Shown: positions 33,501-45,665, numbered from the whole stretch's first letter. The stretch is 57,078 bases of DNA, filler included, from Sphacelaria rigidula (GCA_964200075.2; 4 parts of 4 records of this genome joined end to end with filler, not necessarily neighbours in it); one strand, 5' to 3'. The notes: generated by a model from the sequence alone, not told the origin. Translations and numbers: made by a program.

Positions 33501-35714
33501 GCTACCTCTCACCATTTCCGTTTCAAGAGCAGATGCTGGCGATGCCCACCCTTCCCATGCAGTTGCGCCTGCTCTGTCATTCCCTAGCTGCCTTAGGCGT
33601 CTCGAGTCCGGCGCTGATTGATCTGCGGGCCTGCTGTGCTGATTATCATCGCTTCCTAGGACGATATTTCTTTCCAGATTGTCGCACCTTCTGGACGGCA
33701 TAGAGAGAGCGACTTCGTCAGCTTGGCTTGCTTTTCGCTTTGATCGATGTCGTCGCCAAGCAATTTGAAGCATGCGGCAACTGACTGCGGCCTGAGCTTT
33801 CCGCTGCTGCGCTGTTTGAGCATCTGTTGCCACCGCTTTTCTGTGTCGAATCTCCTCGCGATGGATTCGGAACGCGGTCTGTATAACGATTGCAGCTTTT
33901 GCTCTTTCTAGCTCTTGCTGCTGGCACCGGAGGTTCTGGACGGAAAGGGCAAACGAGAAATAGGGTGGAGGGACGAGGACGTCTTGCTTCCAGTAGGGAC
34001 GAAGGCGCTTTGCTTCCGGGAAATCTACGAATTTATCAATTATCCTTTTTTAGCGACCGAACAACAAATGTGACGTTTTTCTCCATCTCCATAGCTTCTC
34101 ACCTGCACCCTGCGGAATCGTCTCTGCAGCAGCGTAGCCAATTCTAGTTCACATCGTGTACGCTGTCGCTTCTCCTCCTCTTCTCGCTCAGCCCTTGCCC
34201 CCTCCTGTTGCCGCCGAAGCGAGTCCTCTCGTGTACGAGCCAGTCTTTGTTTCCTGGCAACCTCCTCTGCCCCCCGCACACGATCCCTCTCGTCTTTGAT
34301 CACCTGCGACCGCTTCCTAGCGCAAAACGTCAACCACGCGAGCTGCAGACGCAAGGCTGCGCTGGCGCGGCGCAGAGAAATCTGTTCAGCAACCTTTGTT
34401 CGAGCGACGCGCATCCTTGCAGTCGACTGAATCTTGACTGCTAGAGCTTCTTGTCTCCTGAACTCCGCCACCCGACCAGCAGAAGCATGCGTGTAACTCC
34501 AAACAATCACTTTACAAACATCGTTGATGAGGCGTCGACGTCGAGCAGGCGTAGAGCAAGGATCGTTTCTCCAATCTCGGGCAAGCTCTCCAAGACTCCG
34601 CCGACTGTTTGCTCTTTGCCTTTCCGAACACGGGCCATTAGACATTACAAACTCTATGTCGCGTTTTTTCACGCCTAGAATGTGATCTCTGTCGAACAAT
34701 GACATGCTGCCTTGACTGTCGACAAACCGCAAAACCAGAATTCCCGCCTGTTGTTGAGAACTGTGCTGTAGGTGTGACACTGCGCTTTTGTTGGAAACTC
34801 CTGCTCTGACGCCGCCACATACCCACGCACCATTGTTAGCAAGGGCAAAGTTGAAACCTGTGTGAGAGCTTCCTACTGAATTGCTTAGTGACCCAGTCTC
34901 ACTGTCGCCGTACGAAGAAGAGATTGCCGTCGAGCCCGACTTGAGTTTTCCCCAAGACACCTCAGATATTGATGGACGACTATGGACATTAGTGCACCTG
35001 TCTCCATCTGACTGAAACATCGCGGCGGGAGGTTTTGATGCCGACGAGCTGGAGACAGGCCTCGACAAGGACACTGACGGTGTAGTAGGAGATAGTCGAG
35101 GTAGTGACGGATCTTGCCACTCGGGGAGATTTCCAATCGCTGTTTCCACTTCTGCTTTAACAGGAACGACCTTAAAACGCCCTTCAGTGCTAACATCTTC
35201 CAGTTGCCGAGCTGATGTGGTGGTGCCGCAAACTTCCGTAGCAGGATTGTTGCTAGGCGCAAGGGAAGCAGTGTCTGCAACCCAGGCCAGAGATAGTAGA
35301 CGTGGCTGTCCGGCAATATTTTGCATAGCCTGCGTAGTNNNNNNNNNNTTCTCGATCTAAGCCGACTACTGTCCTCCCGTTAATCCCCACGAGGAACATC
35401 CCAGAACCCACACCCCCGTGCCTCGCTGCCACAGACCTTTCAACCACGCCTACTACGGCAAGCCCCTCTTTTGTATGGGTTTTTATCCACTGGAACGTAA
35501 TCCCAGCCGGTTCGTTTGTGTCGACGACAACATCGGCAGTGGTTTCCCAACCAATCTTTTCACCACACGGAGACGAATAAGCTGAATTTCCGAAAGACTT
35601 CAGCGAGAAGGCTGTAAGGGTAGGAGGCGGGGGTGATCGGAGAGGCTCAGCCAAGCTGACCACACGGCGACGTATTCTTCGTTTTTCTTTCGATCTGGTG
35701 GACGTTGGTGGCAT
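30521..35714 (-). CDS. Large protein with an N-terminal PDZ domain, multiple IQ motifs and a CxxC...CxxC zinc-ribbon-like motif
   Basis: Exon 35714-34103 (contains a 10-N gap): PDZ AGITFQW..GLAVVGVVERSVAARHGGVGSGMFLVGINGRTV; IQ AVKIQSTARMRVAR, ALRLQLAWLTFCARKR, ATLLQRRFRR. Exon 33920-32618: AIVIQTAFRIHR, RMLQIAWRRHRSKR, GCSICDVKY. Exon 32149-31764: LCTTCGG, ASRIQNAYQDFRHR. Exon 31120-30521: VISLQCAYRERVAR. Splice phases are consistent. Confidence 0.85.
31460..31540 (-). mobile_element. LINE/SINE 3' end with (AATC)n tail, intronic
   Basis: The reverse complement GAGTACGTCTATATGTGACTACGGCTGAATCC...TTAGTTGATATGCAACAACCAATCAATCAAC resembles the 26056-26140 terminus. Confidence 0.6.
35339..35348. 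other. Intra-scaffold assembly gap (10 N) inside the PDZ-coding exon
   Basis: Ten Ns. The frames on either side differ, so the true gap length is probably not 10. Confidence 0.95.
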
Positions 35715-36209
35715 TTCCTGGGTCTCAGGATCACCAGCGAGATGGTGGCTACGTTTCCACCCCAGCGGTGGAAGATGTGGGGCTGCGGAGTGAAAGGGAA
35801 TGCGGGCAATGAACCGGAATCACCACGAATGTTTTTTATGCGTGCGCATGAAACAAACTCGTATTTGATAGCTGGAGAGTGTCAAAAGACTTTCTCGGTT
35901 TCAGGCATGAATAACAACGACTCCTCTACAAAGCATGCGGCTTGCGACAGCCTCTGCCGACGACGTTAACCTTGACTATTTGTAGTAAGCTACACTGGAC
36001 TTTGGAGTTGGGTACATGAGGCCGTATCTTATACGGACAAACTAGTTATTTTCAAACTAATCGGCTACTTGAGCTTCGTGATTGGTCGATACGATATCAT
36101 TCTCCGAGAAAAATGCCAACAACTCGAATTGCGCGAACAAACCACTTCGGTCAAGCGTGGGTGAAAAACAACCCCAGATCCATAGCCCCTCTTCATATTT
36201 GCCCCTCCA

Positions 36210-36290
36210 GGGGGTGGGGCGTACTCATTTGTTGCTTGCCTTAGTCGTTTGACCATTGACCACGCATCCCTTTCAAGACGGAGGGGGGGG
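36210..36290 (+). repeat. Oligo-G-bounded dispersed repeat, short subfamily A
   Basis: GGGGGTGGGGCGTACTCATTTGTTGCTTGCC...CGCATCCCTTTCAAGACGGAGGGGGGGG. Confidence 0.9.
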
Positions 36291-36363
36291 CACACTAAGT
36301 CCTGTACGTAATGTTTTCCACACTAACTCATGTACAAAACGAGTATCATAATCTAAAAGTTGG

Positions 36364-36784
36364 GGAGCCACGTTGCTTGAACTGAGTATAGGTGAGCCAG
36401 GTCAATCGATCTCCGAGTAGCTGAAGCAATTATATTGAATTGAGAAAATATAAGCCTAGTCACTTTGTTTTTTGGACTAGCTGAGACAAGTCACTTGATC
36501 TAGGCATGTTACTTGAGCTGAATACAGGTGAACCACGTCACGTGATTGTAGGCTGACGCAAGTTCCTTGAAGTGAGTATGGGTGAGCAAGGTCACTTGAC
36601 CTCGGATTAGCTGAATAAAATTACTTGAACAGAGTACAGGTAAATCGAGTCACTTGATTCCAGACTAGCCGGGGAAATTTACCTGATCGTAGAGCGGTGA
36701 GGCAAGTTTCTTGAGCTGAGTGAAAATGAACCACGTCACTTGATTTTAGACTAGCTGAGGCAAGTTACGTGATCTGAGTATAGT
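36364..36784. repeat. Degenerate minisatellite of ~29-bp monomers in a ~58-bp dimeric period
   Basis: Alternating TGAGCCA(A/C/G)GTCACTTGATCTCAGACTAGC-like and TGAGGCAAGTTACTTGAGCTGAGTA(T/C)AGG-like units (consensus read by eye). Each has a CAAGT(C/T)ACTTG palindromic core. Confidence 0.8.
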
Positions 36785-39734
36785 GTATTTCACATTTGTT
36801 TTTGGCCGCCAGAGGGGGCAGGGGGCGGGGTATGAGTCTGAGATTTTTTTACCCACCATCTCAAGTTCGGTCGAAGAACATGATAGGTAGCAACCACAGG
36901 GCACGTGGAAAGACCTGACGGGCATACTGACGTAACCGCGCATGAAGCCGAGAGCTCCGCTACCATGGCTGAACAATAGATCAAACAAAGCATAGCTCGA
37001 GCTGTGGCTGTTAAGTAGTTGAGTATGACGAGCTCGGTTTGGGTCGAATCTATCCGAAGTTGAATGGAAGATAGTATTTCGTATTTTTTGTTAGACGGGG
37101 GCAAAGAATACCAAAAGAAAAAATCAGTAACTACACCTTTTCGGGTGCAAAATGATACGCCAGCGGCCGCCCTTGCTCCGATACTGAGCGGGCGTCCGTC
37201 AAGCACAGACCACTGTGGGTAGGTTTGTAAGCTGAAGCTCAAGCTACTGTGCGTATGCGGTGAGTGTCCGTGCGTGGACTTGGACACTTGATGTAGGTGC
37301 TGTATTTTTTTGTCGCCTGTGTTCTACGAAGGAAGTACACAGCTAACACGCGTAATGTGATGGGAGATACAGAGGCCATATTACTGTTTTCTGAAGATAG
37401 ACCGGCGGGTACTAGAATTGTATATATTTGGCGAATATTTCAGCGGCTTTTGGATACCCCCCAAGCCAGCTGATGGATTGATACGGGCGTAGTTGGTCGC
37501 TACCACATTGCATGACGTGGATTTATCGGTAGATATGTACGTAAGCTCGTTGAAGTTGAGCCTAGATGATTTGAGTTGAGTCAGTGGTTTTGAGTTATGA
37601 CTTGAGTGAAGTTATATTTTGGGATTGGGCATGATGGGTTCCCCGCAGGGAAGCCCCATGATCCCACTCTCTCACCGTCCCAAGGCCTTAGCAGTATAGT
37701 AAAGGAACAATCAATACTGCGGCAGCGTCTGACAGGCTCCAACTATCCCCTTTCTGCGGCGATTGAGCCTCAGGATCAAGGAGAATATACGTGAGTCTCC
37801 CCTGAGTGTACTACATAACTTTTGTTCTGCTCACTTTCTCTATTTGTACACATCTGTTTTTTAGCTCCGCCAGCTGAGCATACATCCAACTGTAGCAAGC
37901 ATTTCATTGAAAAGTCATTATATTTGATCCTTTGGACATCCGTCATCACCACCCTGCGCCAAGCAGCTACGGTGATACTCCTTTTATCATTTGACACACG
38001 AGGTTTCACAAATTGGGGATGTTTTTTTTCGAGGGTGAACCTTGGGAACCTTCACAGTCATCGAAACGTTTTCGAACAAAAATGTATGTGCACACTATTC
38101 GGCCATGATGCGTGGTCTCGCTAATCCCGCCCCCAAAAAAGACATCCGCAATTTGAAAAATCCCGTCTTGATCGTCTAACCGCGAGCGTCGCGTCGAAAC
38201 AGCTTCACCGGCTGATCGTCCAGGGATATTCGGGGGTTTCTAGGGAGCGGCGCGGGGCGGGGCGGGTGGTTCTTGACAGGGGGGTGGGGGCCTGTTCGCA
38301 GGACAGCCAAAAAACTCACCAAGTCAATCATGTACGTTAGAATTCACCCACAGAAAATTCAAAGCCAGGGGCGAGGACCGAGAGGAGCGGAATCACCATT
38401 TTGATATCTGTAATTGTTCAGAATGATCACTTCTTCCCCTTACGATGGACTACAGATGGACTACCTCGCCGGCTAGCCATGCTTCTCATTTTGGTCACGA
38501 CAGTTCAAGCATACATGGATAACACGGGTAAAAATAACTGCATTCTACTCTGCTCGCGGTCTATACCCCCTGCCTGACCTCGCTTGTGTTGCCAGCATAG
38601 CTTGACACTGTGTGTTGTTGTGGAACACGAAGCAGAGACGTCAACAGCGTGCGGTGGACTGTGTTCAGTGGAGAACGATGACACGCTAACTGTTTCTTGC
38701 CGTTATATCCAGCAAAGACATCCAGCACACATACTGACTCTGCACGCACTTGACTGCAGGGTAGAAAGCGATTATGGCTTCTCCGGGACTATTTTCTATG
38801 TAGATGTCCAACATCCACATATCAAAGAAAAATGCGTTTTGTGTAGCGAGAAAAGAGGCGTTCTGAACCCCAAATGCGGCATAGTTCATCTGAGTCCATC
38901 TGAGGGGGATTCGCAATCTAAGGGTTAACATGGGGATTCCGGCAAATAAGAACTGTTTTGTACGCGAATGAATGGGGTCGAAATTGTTCGGTATGACCAC
39001 GGGATTTTCCACTCGCGGATGGATTCTTGTGAGGATGAGCGAGGCCACACATCGCGGCGGGAGAGTGCATCTCCGCTCTTCTTTCGACACTATTTCGATG
39101 TTCATGAAGGGGGCCCGAGGTTCACCCTTGAAACAAAATCCACCCTCAAATTTGTAAAATCCCGTGTCGCTGAATCAACGACCACTGCAAGAAACACCGT
39201 ACATTTGAATTTGTTTACAGATCTGGACGAGAAAGGTGCTTTGGATAAGACTTGTACGGGGCTATTATGGGCATATTGTTTTCGCCCACGGATTCTATAA
39301 GCTGATCTTCCCCTCCCGATACGACAACCCTAACTTACCTCGTGCATTGTCCGCTGGAACCCCGGGTGCGTTGTTGAGGTTATAATGTCTTCGAGATATT
39401 CGGTTGTGTGGTGCAACAACACCACCGCTTGTAATCGCACCAAGGGATTGCGATCGAGACAAAGGCGCAATGGGCAACTGAGAAATTATCTGCCTTCTTC
39501 GTTGGGTATACCTATCGTATCCGTTGTGCATGACATGCCCCCGCTCTCTGCTTGCTGTCATCTTGAATGTGGGCTGAGCAACCGAGATGCGGCGCAATGC
39601 GGAGTAACCTACAACGCGAAGGGGAACAAAGAACGTTACTAAAGTTGTACTTGTAGCACAGAGAGAAGACAGTGAAGTCATTTCGTCGACAAAAGTGGTG
39701 GGGGATACAGGCCTCAACGGGGCTCCCTCTCATT

Positions 39735-42422
39735 ATGACTGCAGCCACCGCTACCAGCGGCGGCAGCCCAGTAGATGTCCCCATGACTGTAGGTGATGAA
39801 TCTACAAACTCTGCCACTTCGCTGCGACATCTCAGATCTAAAATCGTCGAAGGACTGGGCGCCAAGAAATCATCGGTAACCGTCGTCCCTACCAGTAGTG
39901 CCGCGGGCGGCGGTGAGCATGCCGCGCCTGCTAACATCGGCGCTGCCGGCAAAGTGGCCGGGAGTGTGGGTTTCGTTGGAAGCCTACTCGGCGAGGTGCT
40001 GGTTTCGTACTCTACGAGTACGTTACCTCCCGGCAAGAGGCACTCGATCAGCGCGACTTCTGCGCATTTCGAGGAGTTGGCGGCTGAAGCTGGAGTTGAC
40101 CTTGACGCCGATGACATCAACATGGAAGGTAGTGGCTGACAATGATGCACACGTTGTACGGCACTGTACTACTTGACTCACCACATGTACTATGCAGAAC
40201 TTGTCCGGCACTTCCTCTCCTGTTGCATAGGTGTTGTATCATTTTTGAAAATATTTTCATGTAGTAGGTATCTCAGATGGTGAGGATGACTCCCGGTGCG
40301 CCCTCATGAGAAAAAGCCCGTGGTGCGGACCCATTAGTAGTAGTAATAGTAGTAGCACAGTGTAGTATTAATAGCACAGTGTAGTATTATGCTGTTTTTA
40401 GTTCACGCGGGCAATTCATCGAACCCATCTGCATGTTGATGGTCATCCCTGATGCCCATTCAGCTCGCTTTGTCAATTGATTCAAGCTGGTCATGTACAG
40501 TACCTGTATGCGTCCGAAGAAGACTGTTCTTCAACCATTATTGGAGAGTGATATTACGGAGAGATGACAAGTTAAGTGAACCTTGGTTCCCATCTAACTA
40601 GCTTCCGGTGAGGGTACAGAAAGGTGAAGTTTCTTCCCTAGGTTCCGTTTTCAGTACTTGGCTTAACTGATGCTTCAACCTCCCGGCCCTCCGGTCTTCG
40701 CCTAGACTTGAGGATGTACAAGATGGAGGATGGTGACTCTACTTTCGGGCTAGACGACGACAGCGACGACAACGCCGGCTACGGCACCAGTTGTCACGGT
40801 GAAATGAACGAAAATGGGGACACGACCGCGGCCAAACAAAAGCTCGCGCACAAAGAACGCAGCATCTTTCTCATGGTAGACGTGCTGAGCGATCGTCTCA
40901 CCTCGCTCAACTCGGTCGTCAGAAATCGCTACAATGGTTGTCGGTGCGATCTCGACGAGGCTACCGAGTTTCGATCGTCGCGTACCAAAAAAATGCAGGC
41001 AGTGGTGGCCGAAGAGGACTGGAATGGTACCGTATCGGCACATAAGGGTACCGCAGACAAGGCCAAGAGGGCGGGCATGTTCACTTCTGGCCAGACCGGG
41101 ACCGGGGGGGATGGGGGGGACGGCAGTCATGCCGGTGAGCCAACTCGGCTGGTGTTTCGGAATGCGCCGCAGACAGATGCGGGGCGAAAATTAGCGCATC
41201 AATTCGAGCAGGTGTACGGGTTGAAGCAAGTGAGTATCCGCCCCCCATCGACATAATGATCATTCTTATCTTCGAGGATAGCAGAGGCGCGGGTTCGATC
41301 GAGTAGATAGCTATGCTCATTTTCTGGCGTTTGTTTTCTCCGAATTCTACTCTTAAGCTTTCGCGGGGTTGAGAGTAGAGAATACGATTGAGAGTGAAAA
41401 GCGGTCAATTGATGAGTGAATCGTTTCAGTTCCGAAATGCCCCTCCACAAGGGTCGATATCCTTTCTGTAGTAGCTTGCCACTGAGGCCCTTGATATCCC
41501 TGAGTAGGATATCGACGTATAGCTGTAAGCACACGGCAGTGATGGATGTGAAGAAAAGCACACACGGAATGAAAAACTAGCCGAGTTAAAGCGGATGATT
41601 GAAGCCACTCCCAACCCGCGCTCCACTCTCAATGTCATGACAACGCTATTTGTTGTACTAAAGGCCTGTTTTGGCGAATTTATGGTACTGTTTTCGAATG
41701 TAGAAATGATTGATGTTGGCTGCTTCGTGCAATGAATACCACACTTCATCATCATCATATCTATATGCGTGTGTTATAGACCTTTCAGTGTACCGGATTC
41801 GCACCTGCTATAATGCAAATCATGATTACTACAGGATGTGACGCGGGCGCAACACATGCATGCAGTGTGACCCCCCCCCCCGTCGGTGTGCTTACACAAT
41901 TCAGCGGGAGCGCTCAGAGTAGGAGTGCGTGCAAGGAAAATACGGTGAACGTGACTGAGCAACAAGATCCTTAGTGCGATGCTCATGCGCGCGAAGCTCC
42001 TGGGGAAACGGTGCTGCCAAAGTGTGCGATTGTCGATTTTTTCATTCTGTTCCAGTACTGGAACCGATCAGTCCTTTCTAACGAGAATATGGCCGTATTC
42101 TTATCCCTTACCTCATGTGCAGGCTTCAAGCACGACGCCAAAGTTCAACAAGAGCATGACGGGGAAGCTCAAACGCGTGGAAAAATACAAGAAATCCGAA
42201 AGCAGGAGGCAGGAGCGCCTGCACCTCGAGCGCAGGCTGCAGTCCAACCTCGATTCATACGTTACTCGCGCAGTTACAGAATTGACCTACCGCATGCCCG
42301 AAGAAGCAGAGGCGGCCGCCGGACCCGAGAGTCGACAGCCTACCCCGGGTGCTGGCGATCCCGTCCATATGGCCGTTACGTCGGAAGCTATGGCGAAGGA
42401 GAGATTTCCTATTCCTGTCGAG
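39735..42422 (+). CDS. Uncharacterised protein, 3'-partial (three exons)
   Basis: Exons 39735-40128 (..GVDLDADDINME G|), 40706-41229 (|DLRMYKMED..KERSIFLMVDVLSDRL..FEQVYGLKQ|) and 42123-42422 (ASSTTPKFNK..ERFPIPVE|). Phases 1 and 0 match across GT-AG introns. The start may lie further upstream. Confidence 0.72.
41355..41630 (-). repeat. Dispersed ~280-bp repeat, copy 2 (intronic)
   Basis: Reverse-complement match to 2255-2530, which lies on a different contig. Confidence 0.9.
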
Positions 42423-42785
42423 GTGGAAAATAGACTTATGAGCTATTTCCCTCGGGTACCCCCCCTCGTATCGCATCAGTCATTATTGGAGTAAACATTT
42501 TGTGATCGTTTTGAGAAAATGGGGGATCTGTCCATCTCAATGAAGGTTGGAGATGAAAATTTCCATGTGACTCCTCTGCGGTGTGCGTGGGGAGGAGCGT
42601 TTATTGTGTTTTGTTGAGTGATGCTACGGTAGGGATACACAAATATTTTCTGAGGTTAGAATTGTTAGGAGCCCTTTATTTTATCCGAAACACGACTTAT
42701 GGAAATATTCGAGAGTACGCCAGGATTACTATTCCAATGTGCTGGGGATATCCCGAATAAATCTGCAAACCAAGGTGCCCTGACC

Positions 42786-42885
42786 NNNNNNNNNNNNNNN
42801 NNNNNNNNNNNNNNNNNNNNNNNNNNNNNTTAATTAATTAANNNNNNNNNNNNNNNNNNNNNNNNNNNNNNNNNNNNNNNNNNNN
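42786..42885. other. Artificial contig spacer
   Basis: N44-TTAATTAATTAA-N44. Confidence 0.98.
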
Positions 42886-42943
42886 GCACGGGCCAGGGGG
42901 GGGTTGGGGGGGGGGGGGTGGGGGCGTGGCTGTCGGGCGTGGT

Positions 42944-43035
42944 GGGGGGGGGGGGGGGGGGGGGGGGTGTACTCATTTGTTGCTTGCCTTGGTCGTTTGA
43001 CCATTGACCACGCATCCCTTTCAAGACGGAGCAGC
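42944..43035 (+). repeat. Oligo-G-bounded dispersed repeat, short subfamily A
   Basis: Long G run followed by TGTACTCATTTGTTGCTTGCCTTGGTCGTTTGACCATTGACCACGCATCCCTTTCAAGACGGAGCAG. Confidence 0.9.
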
Positions 43036-43158
43036 TGCTACGATGGGGGAGGGGGAGGTAATTGATTCCACGAAAAAGGGGCTCACAGGTGTGTCAGAGG
43101 ACCTAACTACTCGCGGATTGTTTGTATTTTGGTAAAAACAGTGTCGTGTGGTACATAC

Positions 43159-43286
43159 CCTGGACAATAGAATTCACAGTCAAAAAGTGTACGGCGTACA
43201 GTATCGACTATTGCGCCCATTGCAACAGACAATGGATTTCATACTGTACGCCGTACATGTTTTGACAACAGAATCTATTGTCCAGG
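43159..43286. mobile_element. ~130-bp MITE-like hairpin with ~46-bp inverted arms
   Basis: Left arm CCTGGACAATAGAATTCACAGTCAAAAAGTGTACGGCGTACAGTAT (43159-43204); reverse complement of 43241-43286 is CCTGGACAATAGATTCTGTTGTCAAAACATGTACGGCGTACAGTAT. A TA lies just left of the CCCTGG end. Confidence 0.8.
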
Positions 43287-43398
43287 TTGTGAAGTGGTTT
43301 TGATGAGTGTCTTATTGGTGACAAGCGCGTTCGAACAATCATTGCTGCTTTCAACGAGAATTCGAGGTGAAATTTCGTAGGAGAAATGACCCAAGATA

Positions 43399-43475
43399 CC
43401 CCCCCCCCCTGCCTTCAATGGAATGGTCTTATGACTATGGCATGCATGATCATGAGTACACCCCCCTGCCTCCCC
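43399..43475 (-). repeat. Oligo-G-bounded repeat, truncated subfamily B
   Basis: The reverse complement GGGGGTGTACTCATGATCATGCATGCCATAGTCATAAGACCATT...GGGGGGGGGG matches the 5' end of the 49090 copy. Confidence 0.8.
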
Positions 43476-44374
43476 TACCGTAGTATCACTCCCAAGTAAC
43501 TGACCCTTCGACGGCGAAGAATTTTGGATATTTACTGCCGGAGCAATTGAACACAAAAATCAATGAACAAAGTGGATGCATTGGCGTACGTTGACTAAGA
43601 TGTATTGCTTCGCGGTCAAACAATTTTAATCCTTCGGGAAAGTGCTTCGTAGCCCACCCCTCATTAACCGGAGCTCATGAACAACAAAAAATCCTGTTGG
43701 AGGGCGAGCGTCAGTGGATCGTCGGGGATATCCTGAAAAAGTCATCAAAGAGTATTACCCGCAAAATTGTGTGCTGCTTGATGTCATTGCTACAAAGTCT
43801 TCCTCACACCAGGTTAATTGTATATTGGTTCCAGTATTGAGTCGTTTTGGGCGCAAATTGCTTGCTTCATGCACGCGGTGAGGAACGACAAAGCCTTAGC
43901 ATTGCGAACCACAAAGGAACCTACTCCACAATATTGATGATGATCGCTACCGATCACCACACCTTGCACCTCATCACAGGGCTGCTCTACAGTAGTGGCA
44001 GATTCGTGGTGCAGCAGCAGCAGTATCAGCAACAGTATATATATATATATATATACGGGCTTGACCATGCAGGATATGTATGCAGTATATGTAGATAGTG
44101 CAATGCAGTCAGATGTGAGTACAGAAATACAACCGGTCGGCCAAGAGAAGTAGTGTATGCAGACAATTGCACTATGCTCCATGTGGATGCATCCTGCCTA
44201 CCGCGGTCCTTGTGTTGTCGACATGTTCGGGTCAAACACTTTCATGTGCTGATAGTATTAATGCCACGGCGGGGTATTGTATTTGTACCGTCAGATACTG
44301 TCTTCATGTGTGAATGAGTCACAAAAGCAGAACATTTTCCAACCGTTTCCCCTGTTTCTCTTTCCTTTTGCCAG

Positions 44375-45665
44375 GAAGATGTGTTCATCATAGAGCATCC
44401 CGACCTACAAGACGGGAGCAATGAACCTTGGCCAGCGGAGATAGTGGCCAAACACGTGCGGGATTTTGTGCGGAAAAATGGCGTCAAAACGGTGCGTCGG
44501 CTGTGGCGACAGAAATCTCCTCGAGGCTTTAGTTGTAGCTGCGCCAGCAAGCATCTTGTTCGTTGAAATCGCTTTTGCCAAACAAGAGCCTGCTCCTCTA
44601 GCCTCACTAACCCGCCGTGAACGGACGACAAGGTCATGTCGCTTCCGCGCAACCAAAATATCAAGCTTCCATCGTGTATGTTGCATTTGTGGTCAAGAGT
44701 CTCTCCCAGGTGGAGGGTGAGGCAGCGAGCCAAGCCACGACCTATCTGACCGCTTCACGTTAGGTAGCGCTGTGAGGGAGATGAGTGGCGCGAAATGGGT
44801 GGCATAGTTCATGTCGTGTGGAGCGATAGATTTGGGTACATGCAGTGGTACATGTGGGTTCCTCGAAGTAGTACAGCCTTCCTTAAATTTTCTACGGGAT
44901 ACTCCCGCGGTTTTTTCTCGTGTCTTTTTATGATATTTTGAAGCGTTTTTTGCCTTCCTCTTGCAGAATTTTTGTATTTTTTTCAGGAGAAGAGAGGTTC
45001 AAATAGTGTACAATATTGTATATCTTCCGTGCAGAGTTGAAAGATGGGTCATGTTTCCGTCCAAGCATGTCGATGTTATCCCATATTTTTCAAGCAAGGC
45101 TTACTGTGGTCACTTAACCCCAGATGCATCGCGTCGTCTTTGACCCCCTTTTGTGACACACGTTTCTGAACGTTTGAATACACCTTTTCTGATGTGTACC
45201 CTCCATTTCTCTTGCTACTGAATCTCGCATAATTTGATTTTTGCCTTTTTGGTGCTCCATTTTCTGTTTCAATAGCTGCTGACATTCGACGAGGGTGGAA
45301 TTTCGGGACATCCCGACCACAAAGCCGTGCACAGAGGAGTGGTACACTTCCTCCGAACCGGCACAGCAGTTCAACCGAGTGGGAACAATCAAGGAGAGCA
45401 GAACAAGACGGGGGCACTTGTGGACGCGTTTGAGTTAGCCACCACGGGAATCCTGCGGAAATACTCGGGACTACTGGACCTGCCGCTGTCTGTAGTACTG
45501 TCGAAACCGTATCCCCTCGGGGCGTGGTTTGTCAGCTTCAGCGCAAGGAGGGCGTGGAGGGCGATGGCGGCGCATCGCAGTCAGTTCGTTTGGTACCGTA
45601 GACTGTTCGTATTTTTTTCGAGATATGCGTATGTCAATACGTTCAAGCGGATACCCCCCGTGTAG
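44375..45665 (+). CDS. PIGL: N-acetylglucosaminyl-phosphatidylinositol de-N-acetylase (PIG-L/GPI12), last two exons; 5' part not found
   Basis: Exon 44375-44491: EDVFIIEHPDLQDGSNEPWPAEIVAKHVRDFVRKNGVKT|. Exon 45276-45665: LLTFDEGGISGHPDHKAVHRGV...ILRKYSGLLD...AWRAMAAHRSQFVWYRRLFVFFSRYAYVNTF*. TFD.GG.SGH..H, RKY and AM..H.SQ..W.R.L...FSRY..VN are PIG-L signatures. Confidence 0.93.

Noticed and set aside
32785..33621. Plus-strand ORFs of 106-147 aa (similarly 14440-14823, 39512-40150, 40750-41130)
   Set aside because: Antisense shadows of real GC-rich exons on the opposite strand.
36364..36784. CRISPR-like array of palindromic repeats
   Set aside because: The units are degenerate, the intervening sequences are repeated rather than unique spacers, there are no cas genes, and the context is eukaryotic.
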